The notes below the pieces were generated by a model. That model saw only the letters and a program-made list of their open reading frames with translations. It was not told the origin of the DNA and did not search any database. Of a stretch of 61,239 bases of DNA, positions 45,444 to 53,917 are shown in pieces. How positions within the stretch are numbered: position 1 is the stretch's first letter; every line of letters starts with the position of its first letter. The stretch comes from Dehalococcoidia bacterium UBA1123 (GTDB lineage Bacteria > Chloroflexota > Dehalococcoidia > Lucifugimonadales > UBA1123). The stretch lies in assembly GCA_002313895.1 (NCBI GenBank), contig DCAW01000079.1, forward strand, positions 1-61,239. Direction: 5' to 3'. The position numbers were made by a program, and so were the translations under genes.

Positions 45444-47105
45444 TTACCTTCGCCTCCACCATACGATGGTGCTGAGTATCAACATGATGATAGGAGGCAC
45501 AAACCAGCTAGACCATTTGATAAAGTCTCGTTCACGCTGGTTAACTACCAACTCTCGGAAGGGGACGAGTTTGGGCCTGATCGAGATGAGTTCCGTGTCA
45601 TCAGCAAGCCAATTCACCGCATTTAGGAAGAAGTCGGCGTTGTCACTGCTGAAGAAGAAGCTATTTCTGACAAAGTCTGAATCCGTGAATACGATTAATT
45701 TGGCCAGTTTGTTCTCGGTTCTGACAGGTTGAAAGTCCATAGTGCCGGCAGCTTGAATCACGGCAACGACATCCAGCGGGCCTCCGGGGTCGAGTCCTGG
45801 GTTGAACTCGACGTTGTCAGGATTCGTCTCCAGCCAACTAGCCGGAGTTGTCAGCGCCAGCGGGGTGTATGTGATAAACGCTGGCAAATCCTCTGGCTCG
45901 ACAAGTAGGCTTAGAGCGGTGGCGTCTGGAAAGAAAACCACGTCCAAATCGTCAACGATAGGCACTCCGGTGAGGCTGTTGGGAACGAACTGACCGTTCG
46001 TGCGCTGGAACATTGGAGTCGATATTTCGCCGCCGACGTTGCTCACGACGTCGACTACGCTCTCATTGAAAATCTGGAGTCCCCACCGGTTGATGAACTG
46101 TCGATAGGTCGTAGGGACTGGCGGGTCCAGTAGCATGATAATGCTGCCGCCATCCAGCATGTATTCCGTCAACGCGTCAAGCTCTTCGGCGCTGCTGAGG
46201 TTTTGTTCCGGCCCCGCGATTACCACAACGGCGGCGTCGCTGGGCACGCCGTCGGGCTGTTCCAACAGATTCAGCGGACGAACGTCATAGTTATCTCTCT
46301 GCATGCCTTCGATGGCGAAGTCGAAGCCCTTCGAGTCAGTCTCGCCGGTCGTCGGACTGCGTGTGATTGATGCCTCTTTGTGACCAGTGAGGAAGTACAC
46401 CCGTTTTTGCTTAATTCCGGTGGCGATCAGAATCCCGGTCACGAAATCCTGCTCGTTTAGACCGAACGTGCCTTGCTGGCTACCCTGATCAATGTCCTCG
46501 AACACCACAGTTGGATAGTCTTGAACGTCGTACTGAGTGGCGATGGTTCGTTCCAACTCAGGATCAACGAAACGATAAGTGAAATTGGGGCTTTGACGGC
46601 TGAACTCATTCAAGAGGTCCTCCGCTTGCTGCTCGGCGAACGAGGTCGCGCTGTTGTCAGGAATGAAGAAGGCGTTAGCCCTAACTGGCCGGTCTAGGTT
46701 TTTGAGAATCTGCTCCGTCTGCGCAGATAGAGTGAAAACACGGGTCGCTGTGACGTCGAAGCGATTGGAGGTCAAATAGAACAGGTAGTTCAAAAGCACC
46801 ACAATGGCGAAAAACGCGACGGTCATCACCACTATGTTTGTCCCGTAGCGGCCTTGCCTGCCTCCCATAAATATCGCTACGGCGCGGGGTGACAGCACCA
46901 AAGCCACGAACATCATGACGAGACCGATTATCAGGACCGCAATTCCGAAGTTGCGAAGCTCGTCGATCGCCAGCACCAAGATAATGCCAGCCAAAGACGC
47001 GGTCACGCCGACTACGCCGGAGATCGCGCTCCAAAATCCCGATGATCGCGCCGATCCGAGGAATGTTTCTACAATTAGGGTTCGATTAGATTCTTGATTC
47101 GCCAA
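45444..47105 (-). CDS. GldG-like ABC-transporter auxiliary component
   Basis: 553 aa with N- and C-terminal TM segments flanking a large extracytoplasmic domain. It follows the ABC-2 permease directly. Confidence 0.7.
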   Translation of the reverse strand: MANQESNRTLIVETFLGSARSSGFWSAISGVVGVTASLAGIILVLAIDELRNFGIAVLIIGLVMMFVALVLSPRAVAIFMGGRQGRYGTNIVVMTVAFFAIVVLLNYLFYLTSNRFDVTATRVFTLSAQTEQILKNLDRPVRANAFFIPDNSATSFAEQQAEDLLNEFSRQSPNFTYRFVDPELERTIATQYDVQDYPTVVFEDIDQGSQQGTFGLNEQDFVTGILIATGIKQKRVYFLTGHKEASITRSPTTGETDSKGFDFAIEGMQRDNYDVRPLNLLEQPDGVPSDAAVVVIAGPEQNLSSAEELDALTEYMLDGGSIIMLLDPPVPTTYRQFINRWGLQIFNESVVDVVSNVGGEISTPMFQRTNGQFVPNSLTGVPIVDDLDVVFFPDATALSLLVEPEDLPAFITYTPLALTTPASWLETNPDNVEFNPGLDPGGPLDVVAVIQAAGTMDFQPVRTENKLAKLIVFTDSDFVRNSFFFSSDNADFFLNAVNWLADDTELISIRPKLVPFRELVVNQRERDFIKWSSWFVPPIIMLILSTIVWWRRR

Positions 47106-47816
47106 TTACCGCCACCTGCGCGTCTCCATAGATCTGATGGTAAGGAACAAAAATACCGCTGTGATCGAGAGGAAGTATACGACGTTCGCGGTGTCGATTA
47201 CCCCTCGTGTAAAGTCAGTTACGTGGGCGTTGAGTGATAGGCCGTTCAGCACGTCCGCCGCGACGCCGCTCACCAACGAGCCGACCCTGTCTACGAAGGA
47301 CAGCATCAACAACACGGCGATGCCGACCACCGCCGCTACGATCTGGTTGGCAGACAGAGACGATCCCAATAACCCGACTGCCAATGCCGCCGCCCCGTGC
47401 AACATGAGTCCGAGATAGCTACTTAGCACCGGACCGGTGTCTGGCTGCCCAAACACGTAAAGCAAAAGCACGTAGTAAAGCGTGAGAATTATCGTCGCGG
47501 AAAACATAATCAGGCTGGCAATGTATTTCCCCAGAACGACCTCCCAGTCGCGTACAGGGGCAGTCATCAGAAGTTCAAGCGTTCCCAGCTTTTGTTCCTC
47601 TGCCAATAGTCGCATGGTCAGAAGCGGGGCCAGGAACACTATGAAGAAGCTGGCCCAGTTCACGATGCCTCGGACGCTGGCCTCTGCGAAGGGCGACGTG
47701 ACGTCGAATACGAAGAAAATACCTGTCAGAGACAGGAACATCGCACCGACGATGTACGCAGCCGGCGTCGAAAAGTAGCCTTTTATCTCTTTCCATGCGA
47801 CGGTGAATGTGTTCAT
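47106..47816 (-). CDS. ABC-2 type transporter permease
   Basis: 236 aa with about 6 TM segments. A 4-nt overlap with the upstream ATPase gene. Confidence 0.75.
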   Translation of the reverse strand: MNTFTVAWKEIKGYFSTPAAYIVGAMFLSLTGIFFVFDVTSPFAEASVRGIVNWASFFIVFLAPLLTMRLLAEEQKLGTLELLMTAPVRDWEVVLGKYIASLIMFSATIILTLYYVLLLYVFGQPDTGPVLSSYLGLMLHGAAALAVGLLGSSLSANQIVAAVVGIAVLLMLSFVDRVGSLVSGVAADVLNGLSLNAHVTDFTRGVIDTANVVYFLSITAVFLFLTIRSMETRRWR

Positions 47817-48796
47817 TCGGCGCTTGCGTCCTCTTGTGTGGGGTCTACTTGTTGAATCAATTCGTCCTCGGTAGTGAGCCGGAGGAATATCTCCTCAAGC
47901 GACATTATCACCCCGTCGAGTCTCAGAAGACCCCACCCGGAGTTTATGACCGTAGAAGCCAGTTCCGCCCGAATTTCGATGCCGAGTTCAGACTGAACGC
48001 GGTAGCGGGGCACAGAGCCTGGTTGGCCTTCGAGCCTGACAGCCTCGCGCACTCCCTCGACTTGCTGCAATGCGACCAGCACATCCTGCTGAGGGCCTTT
48101 TACATCCAGGTCCACGCGCTCGCTGCCGACGAGTCGTTGAGCCAGATTCTCGGGAGTGTCCTCGGCGATGATCTGGCCCTCGTGAATGATAATAACCCGT
48201 TCACAGATCTGGCTGACCTCCGGGAGGATGTGGGTGCTGACAATCAGGGTATGCTCGCCGCCCAGATTCTTGATGAGCTGTCTGGTTTCGACGACCTGGA
48301 TTGGGTCGATTCCGATGGTCGGCTCATCCAGAACCAGCACATCGGGTTCATGCAAAATGGCCTGGGCAATGCCCACACGCTGTCGGAATCCTTTGGATAG
48401 CTTTGAGATTATTGTGCTGTAGTAATCGCCGAGGTTGCATATGTCGATTACTTCAGAGATTCGCTGGTTTATGTAATCACGAGACATGCCCCTGAGCCTG
48501 CCCATGTACTCGAGATAGTCTTTGATGGTCATGTCCGTGTAAAGGGGCACGGTCTCGGGAAGGTATCCGATGTGCTTACGGGCCTCCAGAGAATCAGTCA
48601 CTATATCGTAACCGGCGATTGTGACGTTGCCGTCGGTGGGTGGCATGAACCCGGTGATGATTTTCATTGTGGTAGATTTGCCGGCGCCGTTCGGCCCGAG
48701 GAACCCGAGTATCTCTCCAGGTTCGACTTTGAAGGAAATGTCGGAAATCGCCGGGAACGCCCCGAACATCTTGGAGACGCCGTTTACTTCAATCAT
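47813..48796 (-). CDS. ABC transporter ATP-binding protein
   Basis: Walker A GPNGAGKST, signature LSKGFRQR, and Walker B LVLDEPT. Confidence 0.9.
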   Translation of the reverse strand: MIEVNGVSKMFGAFPAISDISFKVEPGEILGFLGPNGAGKSTTMKIITGFMPPTDGNVTIAGYDIVTDSLEARKHIGYLPETVPLYTDMTIKDYLEYMGRLRGMSRDYINQRISEVIDICNLGDYYSTIISKLSKGFRQRVGIAQAILHEPDVLVLDEPTIGIDPIQVVETRQLIKNLGGEHTLIVSTHILPEVSQICERVIIIHEGQIIAEDTPENLAQRLVGSERVDLDVKGPQQDVLVALQQVEGVREAVRLEGQPGSVPRYRVQSELGIEIRAELASTVINSGWGLLRLDGVIMSLEEIFLRLTTEDELIQQVDPTQEDASAE

Positions 48797-49104
48797 CTAT
48801 TGGTCCAATTCATGGCTCACCGGAAACCTACCGGACAATTTTACTCAATCTGTTCTACGAACGTCGCATTCGCGAGGATTCGTAATCTGCGACGCGCTGA
48901 CAGTTAGATTCTTGTTGAAGGGGCGCGACCCCCCTGTGAATCCGCGCTTGCCAACCATAAAATCAGCGAACCGCAGTTTTCACCATACCCCGGCAAACTT
49001 AACGGATTCTAAACCATCGGCGCCTTGTGTATCAAGGTGTGTTGTGCGGCGTTGGAGACAATGTTACTCTTGATTGTCCGTGAGACGACAAATTCTATTC
49101 AGGA

Positions 49105-49548
49105 TTGACGCATTTGCATCTGGTAGTAGATGGGCACGGCGGCGACGCCAAAGCCCTGCAGGACAGTGACCTCATATACACTTTTTTGGACACGCTTCCA
49201 GACCAGATTGGCATGACCAAAATGATTCCTCCGCAAGTGTACACCTACCACGGTCAGAAGCCTCAGGACTGGGGTGTTTCAGGATTCGTATTGATCGCCG
49301 AAAGCCACATCAGCGTGCATACGTTCCCTGATCGTCAACATATCAACGTCGATATTTTCTCGTGCAAATCCTTCGATGCCGACGAATGCGTGAAGGCCGT
49401 GGAAACAGCGTTTGGTTTGACTCGCGTCAAGACCCAAATACTGGAGCGCGGCCTGGAGTACATGAACGACCATGAAGCGTATTCTGGGATGGTGAGAGAG
49501 CGAATTGGCATAGCCCCGCCTACGAACATTGGGCATGCACGAACTTAG
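49105..49548 (+). CDS. speH: S-adenosylmethionine decarboxylase proenzyme (class 1, pyruvoyl)
   Basis: ...GFVLIAESHISVHTFPDRQHINVDIFSCK contains the E-S cleavage site motif. TTG start. Confidence 0.8.
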   Translation: MTHLHLVVDGHGGDAKALQDSDLIYTFLDTLPDQIGMTKMIPPQVYTYHGQKPQDWGVSGFVLIAESHISVHTFPDRQHINVDIFSCKSFDADECVKAVETAFGLTRVKTQILERGLEYMNDHEAYSGMVRERIGIAPPTNIGHART

Positions 49549-50455
49549 AGGCGGGCAGTCTGGACTTGGCCCATTCCAATGGGACACATTTCTTGACACG
49601 CCTCCTGATGAAGCCCGCTACGAGGATGCCGGATTCGTGGTGCTTTCAATCCCTTTCGACGGCACCACGTCATTCAGGTCTGGCACCCGCGACGGGCCTT
49701 CGGCAATTATTGCGGCGTCGGGGCAACTCGAAGATTACGACATCGAACTGGGCGTCGATATATCCCTAGCCGGGATACACACGGTGCCAGAGTTGGTCCC
49801 GAATCTCAGTTCGATGGATGCCCTGTTTGGTCAGGTGGATCGGTTGACGACCCAGGTCATATCAGACGGAAAAATCCCGGCTCTGCTTGGCGGGGAGCAC
49901 ACTGTCTCCATCGGAGCGGTCACCGCGTTGGCGCGTCGGTATCCTGACATTGCGGTGCTGTATCTGGATGCTCACGGAGACTTACGGGACGAATACATGG
50001 GCACGCGTTGGGGACATGCCTCAGTGGCTCGAAGATTGATGGAGATTTGTCCAGTCACCCACGCAGGTGTTCGCAGCCTCAGCGCTGAGGAGCATCGATT
50101 CATCGCAGATGAAAGCCTGAACGTGAATCTCTGGCCGCCAAATTCTTCGATGGATGAGTACGCCCGCGCGATAATCGACGATCTGCCTTCTACGATCTAT
50201 GTGAGCATAGACCTCGATGTTTTGGACCCTTCGATCATGGCTGCAGTCGGAACGCCCGAACCAGACGGAATGTTGTGGCAAGACCTGGCTCACGTCCTGC
50301 GCCTGGTTTGCGAGGCGAAGCGAGTAGTCGGGTTCGATCTCGTAGAGCTTGCGCCCGCCGAGGGGCCAGAGGCGTGCGCTTACACTGCGGCCAAGCTGAC
50401 ATACAAGTTGATGGGTTATATTTCAACTTTGATGCCCCGGCTAGGCGCGTGCTAG
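49535..50455 (+). CDS. speB: Agmatinase (arginase/ureohydrolase family)
   Basis: LGGEHTVS, LDAHGDL, and SIDLDVLDP manganese-site motifs. Adjacent to speH. Start is ATG 49535 or TTG 49529. Confidence 0.8.
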   Translation: MHELRGGQSGLGPFQWDTFLDTPPDEARYEDAGFVVLSIPFDGTTSFRSGTRDGPSAIIAASGQLEDYDIELGVDISLAGIHTVPELVPNLSSMDALFGQVDRLTTQVISDGKIPALLGGEHTVSIGAVTALARRYPDIAVLYLDAHGDLRDEYMGTRWGHASVARRLMEICPVTHAGVRSLSAEEHRFIADESLNVNLWPPNSSMDEYARAIIDDLPSTIYVSIDLDVLDPSIMAAVGTPEPDGMLWQDLAHVLRLVCEAKRVVGFDLVELAPAEGPEACAYTAAKLTYKLMGYISTLMPRLGAC

Positions 50456-50529
50456 AATACTTTTGATTACGATGATGAGCCAATGCGCAGTTCATATCCA
50501 CGAGCCACAAAACACGAAAGGTAACGGCC

Positions 50530-51723
50530 ATGGGCCTATCTGAGCGCCTGATTTACATGGATCATGCTGCCACAACTGCAGTTAGGCCAGAGGCGTTGGA
50601 GGCCATGCTGCCATACTTCGGCGTCAGCTTCGGCAATCCTTCAAGCATTTACACGCTCGCTCAAGAAGCCCGTAACGCTGTCGATGATGCCAGGCAAACA
50701 ATCGCCGGATTGATTGGGTGCCGCATCAGTGAGTTGATTTTCACCAGCGGAGGCACTGAGTCGGACAATACAGCGCTGAAGGGCGTCGCATTCGCGTTGA
50801 GAAACGTTGGCAACCATATCATCACAACCGCCATCGAACATCACGCGATACTGCACACCTGCCACCAGTTGGAACAGTTTGGGTTCGACGTGACCTACCT
50901 GCCGGTGGACAGGCACGGATTGGTGGATCCGGACGATGTCGCGAAGGCTATCACGGATCGCACGATACTCGTCAGCGTGATGCTGGCAAACAACGAGATT
51001 GGGACCATCGAGCCAGTGGCGGCAATCGCCCGGACCGTGAAGCAAGAAGCCCGCCGTCTCGACAGGAACATACTAATGCACACGGACGCTGTTCAAGGGG
51101 CTGGATTCCTGGACCTAAATGTCCGAGAATTGGGCGTTGATCTCATGAGCCTGTCGGCCCACAAGTTTCACGGACCAAAAGGCGTTGGCGTGCTTTATGT
51201 CAAGCGGGGAACTCCCTTTGAGCCTCAGATGATGGGCGGCGGCCAGGAACGCGAGCGGCGGTCTGGCACGGAGAATGTTCCGGGAATCGTCGGCATGGCG
51301 GAAGCGTTTCGGCTGGCTTGTCAGGAACGTGAGACGACGGCGGCTCGATGCGTTGCGATGCGAGACAGGATCATAGAGGGCCTCCAGGATCGCGTGGAAC
51401 ATGCTCACCTCAATGGGCATCCCGTCGAGAGGCTCCCGAACAATGTAAATATCTCTTTCGAGGCCGTAGAGGGTGAGCCTATACTACTGGGCCTCGACTT
51501 TGCTGGGATCAGCGCTTCCAGCGGAAGCGCGTGTTCGTCGGCCTCGCTCGAACCTTCTCATGTGTTGCTGGCTATCGGTCTTGCCGCAGAACTGGCGCAG
51601 GGGAGTGTTCGTATTACTCTCGGTAAAGACAATACCGACGAAGAGGTTGATTATATGCTGTCGGTGATACCAGACCTTGTTAATCGACTGAGGGCCATGC
51701 CCTCGCTATCAGGTGTTCAGTAA
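50530..51723 (+). CDS. Cysteine desulfurase (NifS/IscS family)
   Basis: The PLP-lysine motif [12 protein letters not shown] and the active-site loop SSGSACSS. Confidence 0.88.
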   Translation: MGLSERLIYMDHAATTAVRPEALEAMLPYFGVSFGNPSSIYTLAQEARNAVDDARQTIAGLIGCRISELIFTSGGTESDNTALKGVAFALRNVGNHIITTAIEHHAILHTCHQLEQFGFDVTYLPVDRHGLVDPDDVAKAITDRTILVSVMLANNEIGTIEPVAAIARTVKQEARRLDRNILMHTDAVQGAGFLDLNVRELGVDLMSLSAHKFHGPKGVGVLYVKRGTPFEPQMMGGGQERERRSGTENVPGIVGMAEAFRLACQERETTAARCVAMRDRIIEGLQDRVEHAHLNGHPVERLPNNVNISFEAVEGEPILLGLDFAGISASSGSACSSASLEPSHVLLAIGLAAELAQGSVRITLGKDNTDEEVDYMLSVIPDLVNRLRAMPSLSGVQ

Positions 51724-51725
51724 AT

Positions 51726-52343
51726 ATGATTCGATTGTTGTCGACGAAACTTCGCGATTCGGCCCATTATGTAAATCGCGAACGCTCAACAAACCAGCAT
51801 ACCCTCAAGGCTTCCAAGGCGTCCGTTTTGACATTAGTCCTCGTGTTGATGGCGATGATGGTCGTGGCCTGCAACAGCGCGCCAGATGTGCATCTTGCGC
51901 GGGGACGAAGCATAGAAATTCAGGTGAGCAGGCCTGTGGTCAAGACCAAAATGTCATTTCTCGATGATGAAGGAAAGCATCGTGTCGTGCGTCCCAGAGC
52001 GTCAAATCGCCAGCTTGCGATGGTCGAAATCGCTGTTGTGAACCGCACAAGCACGGTCATGCCTTTATTGATTGACGAAGAAGCTGCAGAACTTGGTGAC
52101 AGGCGCGGCGAACGCATCGAGGCGCTCGATCCGTTCGTTAATTCCCGTGTAGTTGAGGCGGCTGGTCCTAAAGAGGATGAGTTTGCTCCGTTGCTCTGGG
52201 GCGAAGTTCAATTGGACAGAGATTTCCAGGTGAAGGGGTGGATGATTTTCGACGTTCCAAAAGGTCTCACACTGGGCTCGGTATTCTGGAACGAGATTGA
52301 AGAGATCATCGCTGACTATGTTAACTATTTCGATCGCGGTTAA
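51726..52343 (+). CDS. Putative lipoprotein, DUF4352-like
   Basis: Signal peptide plus lipobox VVAC. The beta-rich C-terminus with ...GWMIFDVPKG is reminiscent of DUF4352, by recollection. Confidence 0.5.
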   Translation: MIRLLSTKLRDSAHYVNRERSTNQHTLKASKASVLTLVLVLMAMMVVACNSAPDVHLARGRSIEIQVSRPVVKTKMSFLDDEGKHRVVRPRASNRQLAMVEIAVVNRTSTVMPLLIDEEAAELGDRRGERIEALDPFVNSRVVEAAGPKEDEFAPLLWGEVQLDRDFQVKGWMIFDVPKGLTLGSVFWNEIEEIIADYVNYFDRG

Positions 52344-52426
52344 AAAACCTACACGATTGATGCCGCAACGAATATAATGAGTGACAGAATCGTCTCTCTT
52401 GTATTTGAACCCCATTGGAGGAACTA

Positions 52427-52756
52427 ATGGCTCACCCTATTGATATCACCGACGACAGCTTCAACGCAGAAGTAATCCAATCTGACACCCCGGTGTTGGT
52501 GGACTTTTGGGCTGAATGGTGTGGCCCGTGCAAAATGATTGCGCCAATCGTCGAGGAACTGGCCGAAGAATTTGGCGACAAGATCAAATTCACGAAACTT
52601 GATGTGGACACCAACCCGCAGTCGGCCACGAACTTTGGGATTCGTGGCATCCCCACCCTGCTCATTTTCAATGGCGGCAAGCCTGTTGAGACGGTGGTGG
52701 GCGCAGTGCCCAAGTCCGTCCTCAAAAAGAAGCTCGACGCGGCTCTGGCTAAGTAA
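52427..52756 (+). CDS. trxA: Thioredoxin
   Basis: VLVDFWAEWCGPCKMIAP active site. About 109 aa. ATG 52427 follows GGAGGA. Confidence 0.9.
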   Translation: MAHPIDITDDSFNAEVIQSDTPVLVDFWAEWCGPCKMIAPIVEELAEEFGDKIKFTKLDVDTNPQSATNFGIRGIPTLLIFNGGKPVETVVGAVPKSVLKKKLDAALAK

Positions 52757-52768
52757 CCTGAGTAATTA

Positions 52769-52802
52769 GATACGGGAGGCTCGCTGATGGGCCTCCCGTA
52801 TC
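52769..52802 (+). terminator. Hairpin immediately after trxA, with a weak U-tract
   Basis: GAUACGGGAGGC-(10 nt)-GCCUCCCGUAUC is a 12-bp perfect stem, followed by UGUUAU. Confidence 0.45.
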
Positions 52803-52841
52803 TGTTATACTGACTCACGCACTCCCAATTTGAGTGACAGG

Positions 52842-52872
52842 CATGATGCGGTAATCCGTGTCATGTTTTTTT
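52842..52872 (+). terminator. Rho-independent terminator upstream of selC
   Basis: CAUGAUGCGG-UAAU-CCGUGUCAUG (10 bp, two G.U pairs) followed by U7. Confidence 0.65.
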
Positions 52873-52951
52873 AGCGCCAATAATTTGTCGATAGACCTTA
52901 GCGACTAACTTTGAATGTCTCGTCTGAGGCGTTCTGTCATGACATGCACAC

Positions 52952-53049
52952 GGGAGCGGATGGGGCCTGGTGGCTCCTGCGGTCTTCAACACCGTTGGCG
53001 GCAACCCTGCGGTTGGCGCGGTGGGTTCGACTCCCTCTCGCTCCCGCCA
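52952..53049 (+). tRNA. selC: tRNA-Sec (anticodon UCA), CCA encoded
   Basis: Hand-folded 98-nt tRNA. It has an 8-bp acceptor GGGAGCGG/UCGCUCCC (the last pair is G.U) and a 6-bp D stem GGGGCC/GGCUCC with the 4-nt loop UGGU. The anticodon arm is GCGGU-CUUCAAC-ACCGU (UCA). A long variable arm (CGGCAACC-CUGC-GGUUGGCG), T loop UUCGACU, discriminator G and CCA complete it. The layout parallels E. coli selC. The tracked ORFs 52911..53141 and 52970..53182 are spurious. Confidence 0.85.
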
Positions 53050-53412
53050 GACGTTTGTTCCTCATAGCGTCCGTTTGTATGCGCCTTCGTTCGCGCCGCC
53101 CCCGGCTTGCGTCGAAACGCGTCTGGCGGTCGCGGATCTGAGCAAGAAGGTTCTATTGCCACACAAGCCTTGTCTTATTTAGGCCGACAAGTCTGCCCAC
53201 ATATCACTGAAATCAGGCCGTCCGAACTCCATAAAACCTGATACCCTCTGCATGGGAACACGGAGTAAGGGGCCAAACAGATTTGGTGGTTTCCTGCGTC
53301 GAGTTATTGGGGCTAACTCGTGTTATTTATGAGCCCATGTTGTCCATATTCTGAATACGGAGCCTGAAATCATCATATGTTTGAAGAAGATGAACCGATG
53401 GAGGAGTGAGCC

Positions 53413-53697
53413 ATGGCGAATCTGATATCCAACGATCCTAGAGAGATAGTGGCAGAACATCTCGAAACGCTCAGAGCATATGCCACTAAAGTCCTGGTCA
53501 ACGACGAGCAGCTAACCGAGGAAGAATTGGCTGATAAGGCTGACCGATTTGAGGAGCTTCAGACGCTGTGCGCTTCCTTCGACGTTACTGAGAAAGAGAT
53601 TGTCACCCTTGTCCTGAAACAGATGATGCGTGAACCGAAGAGATGCGGTTGTCCAACCTGCCTCGCGCGAAAGGGGTTTAGTGACGGAAAAGCTTAA
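53413..53697 (+). CDS. Hypothetical acidic helical protein with a C-terminal Cys cluster
   Basis: 94 aa. ATG is preceded by GGAGGAG. The C-terminal KRCGCPTCLARKG has C-x-C-x2-C. No family recognised. Confidence 0.5.
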   Translation: MANLISNDPREIVAEHLETLRAYATKVLVNDEQLTEEELADKADRFEELQTLCASFDVTEKEIVTLVLKQMMREPKRCGCPTCLARKGFSDGKA

Positions 53698-53857
53698 ATC
53701 GGATTACCCTGGTTCTCGCGGTCACGATATTGCTGTGGAACAGTAGCGACGTAGGACGGATCGGCCTTGCAGCCGAATGAATATATCGTTCGTATGAGTC
53801 ACGCGTTGCGTGAGTGGCAAAATGTCTGGGCGGAAACGATCAGGCGGGCCACAGAAT

Positions 53858-53897
53858 AACTGAATAGAGGCGGCAATTCTGCCGCCTCTATTCAGTT
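53858..53897. terminator. Perfect 18-bp inverted repeat between convergent genes (bidirectional terminator candidate)
   Basis: AACTGAATAGAGGCGGCA-ATTC-TGCCGCCTCTATTCAGTT lies between the 53413..53697 (+) gene and the UGSC gene (-). Confidence 0.55.
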
Positions 53898-53917
53898 CCG
53901 AGAGCGTTCGTCGAGGA

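Noticed and set aside
48797-49104. A 308-nt intergenic region upstream of speH, inspected for a riboswitch or leader
   Set aside because: I could not recognise any known riboswitch core or strong conserved-looking structure by eye. It is most simply a divergent promoter region between the ABC operon and speH.
52911-53182. Two overlapping ORFs; also my first impression that GGTTCGACTCC...CGCCA was a tmRNA 3' end
   Set aside because: The whole 98-nt segment folds as a tRNA with a UCA anticodon and Sec-specific stems. There is no tmRNA-like tag ORF or pseudoknot region upstream. The ORF translations are Arg/Ala-rich nonsense.
53377-53412. A mini-ORF MFEEDEPMEE followed by TGA in frame with the 53413 gene, considered as possible Sec read-through
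   Set aside because: The GGAGGAG containing that TGA is ideally placed as the Shine-Dalgarno for ATG 53413. There is no hairpin after the TGA, and the acidic decapeptide has no motif.
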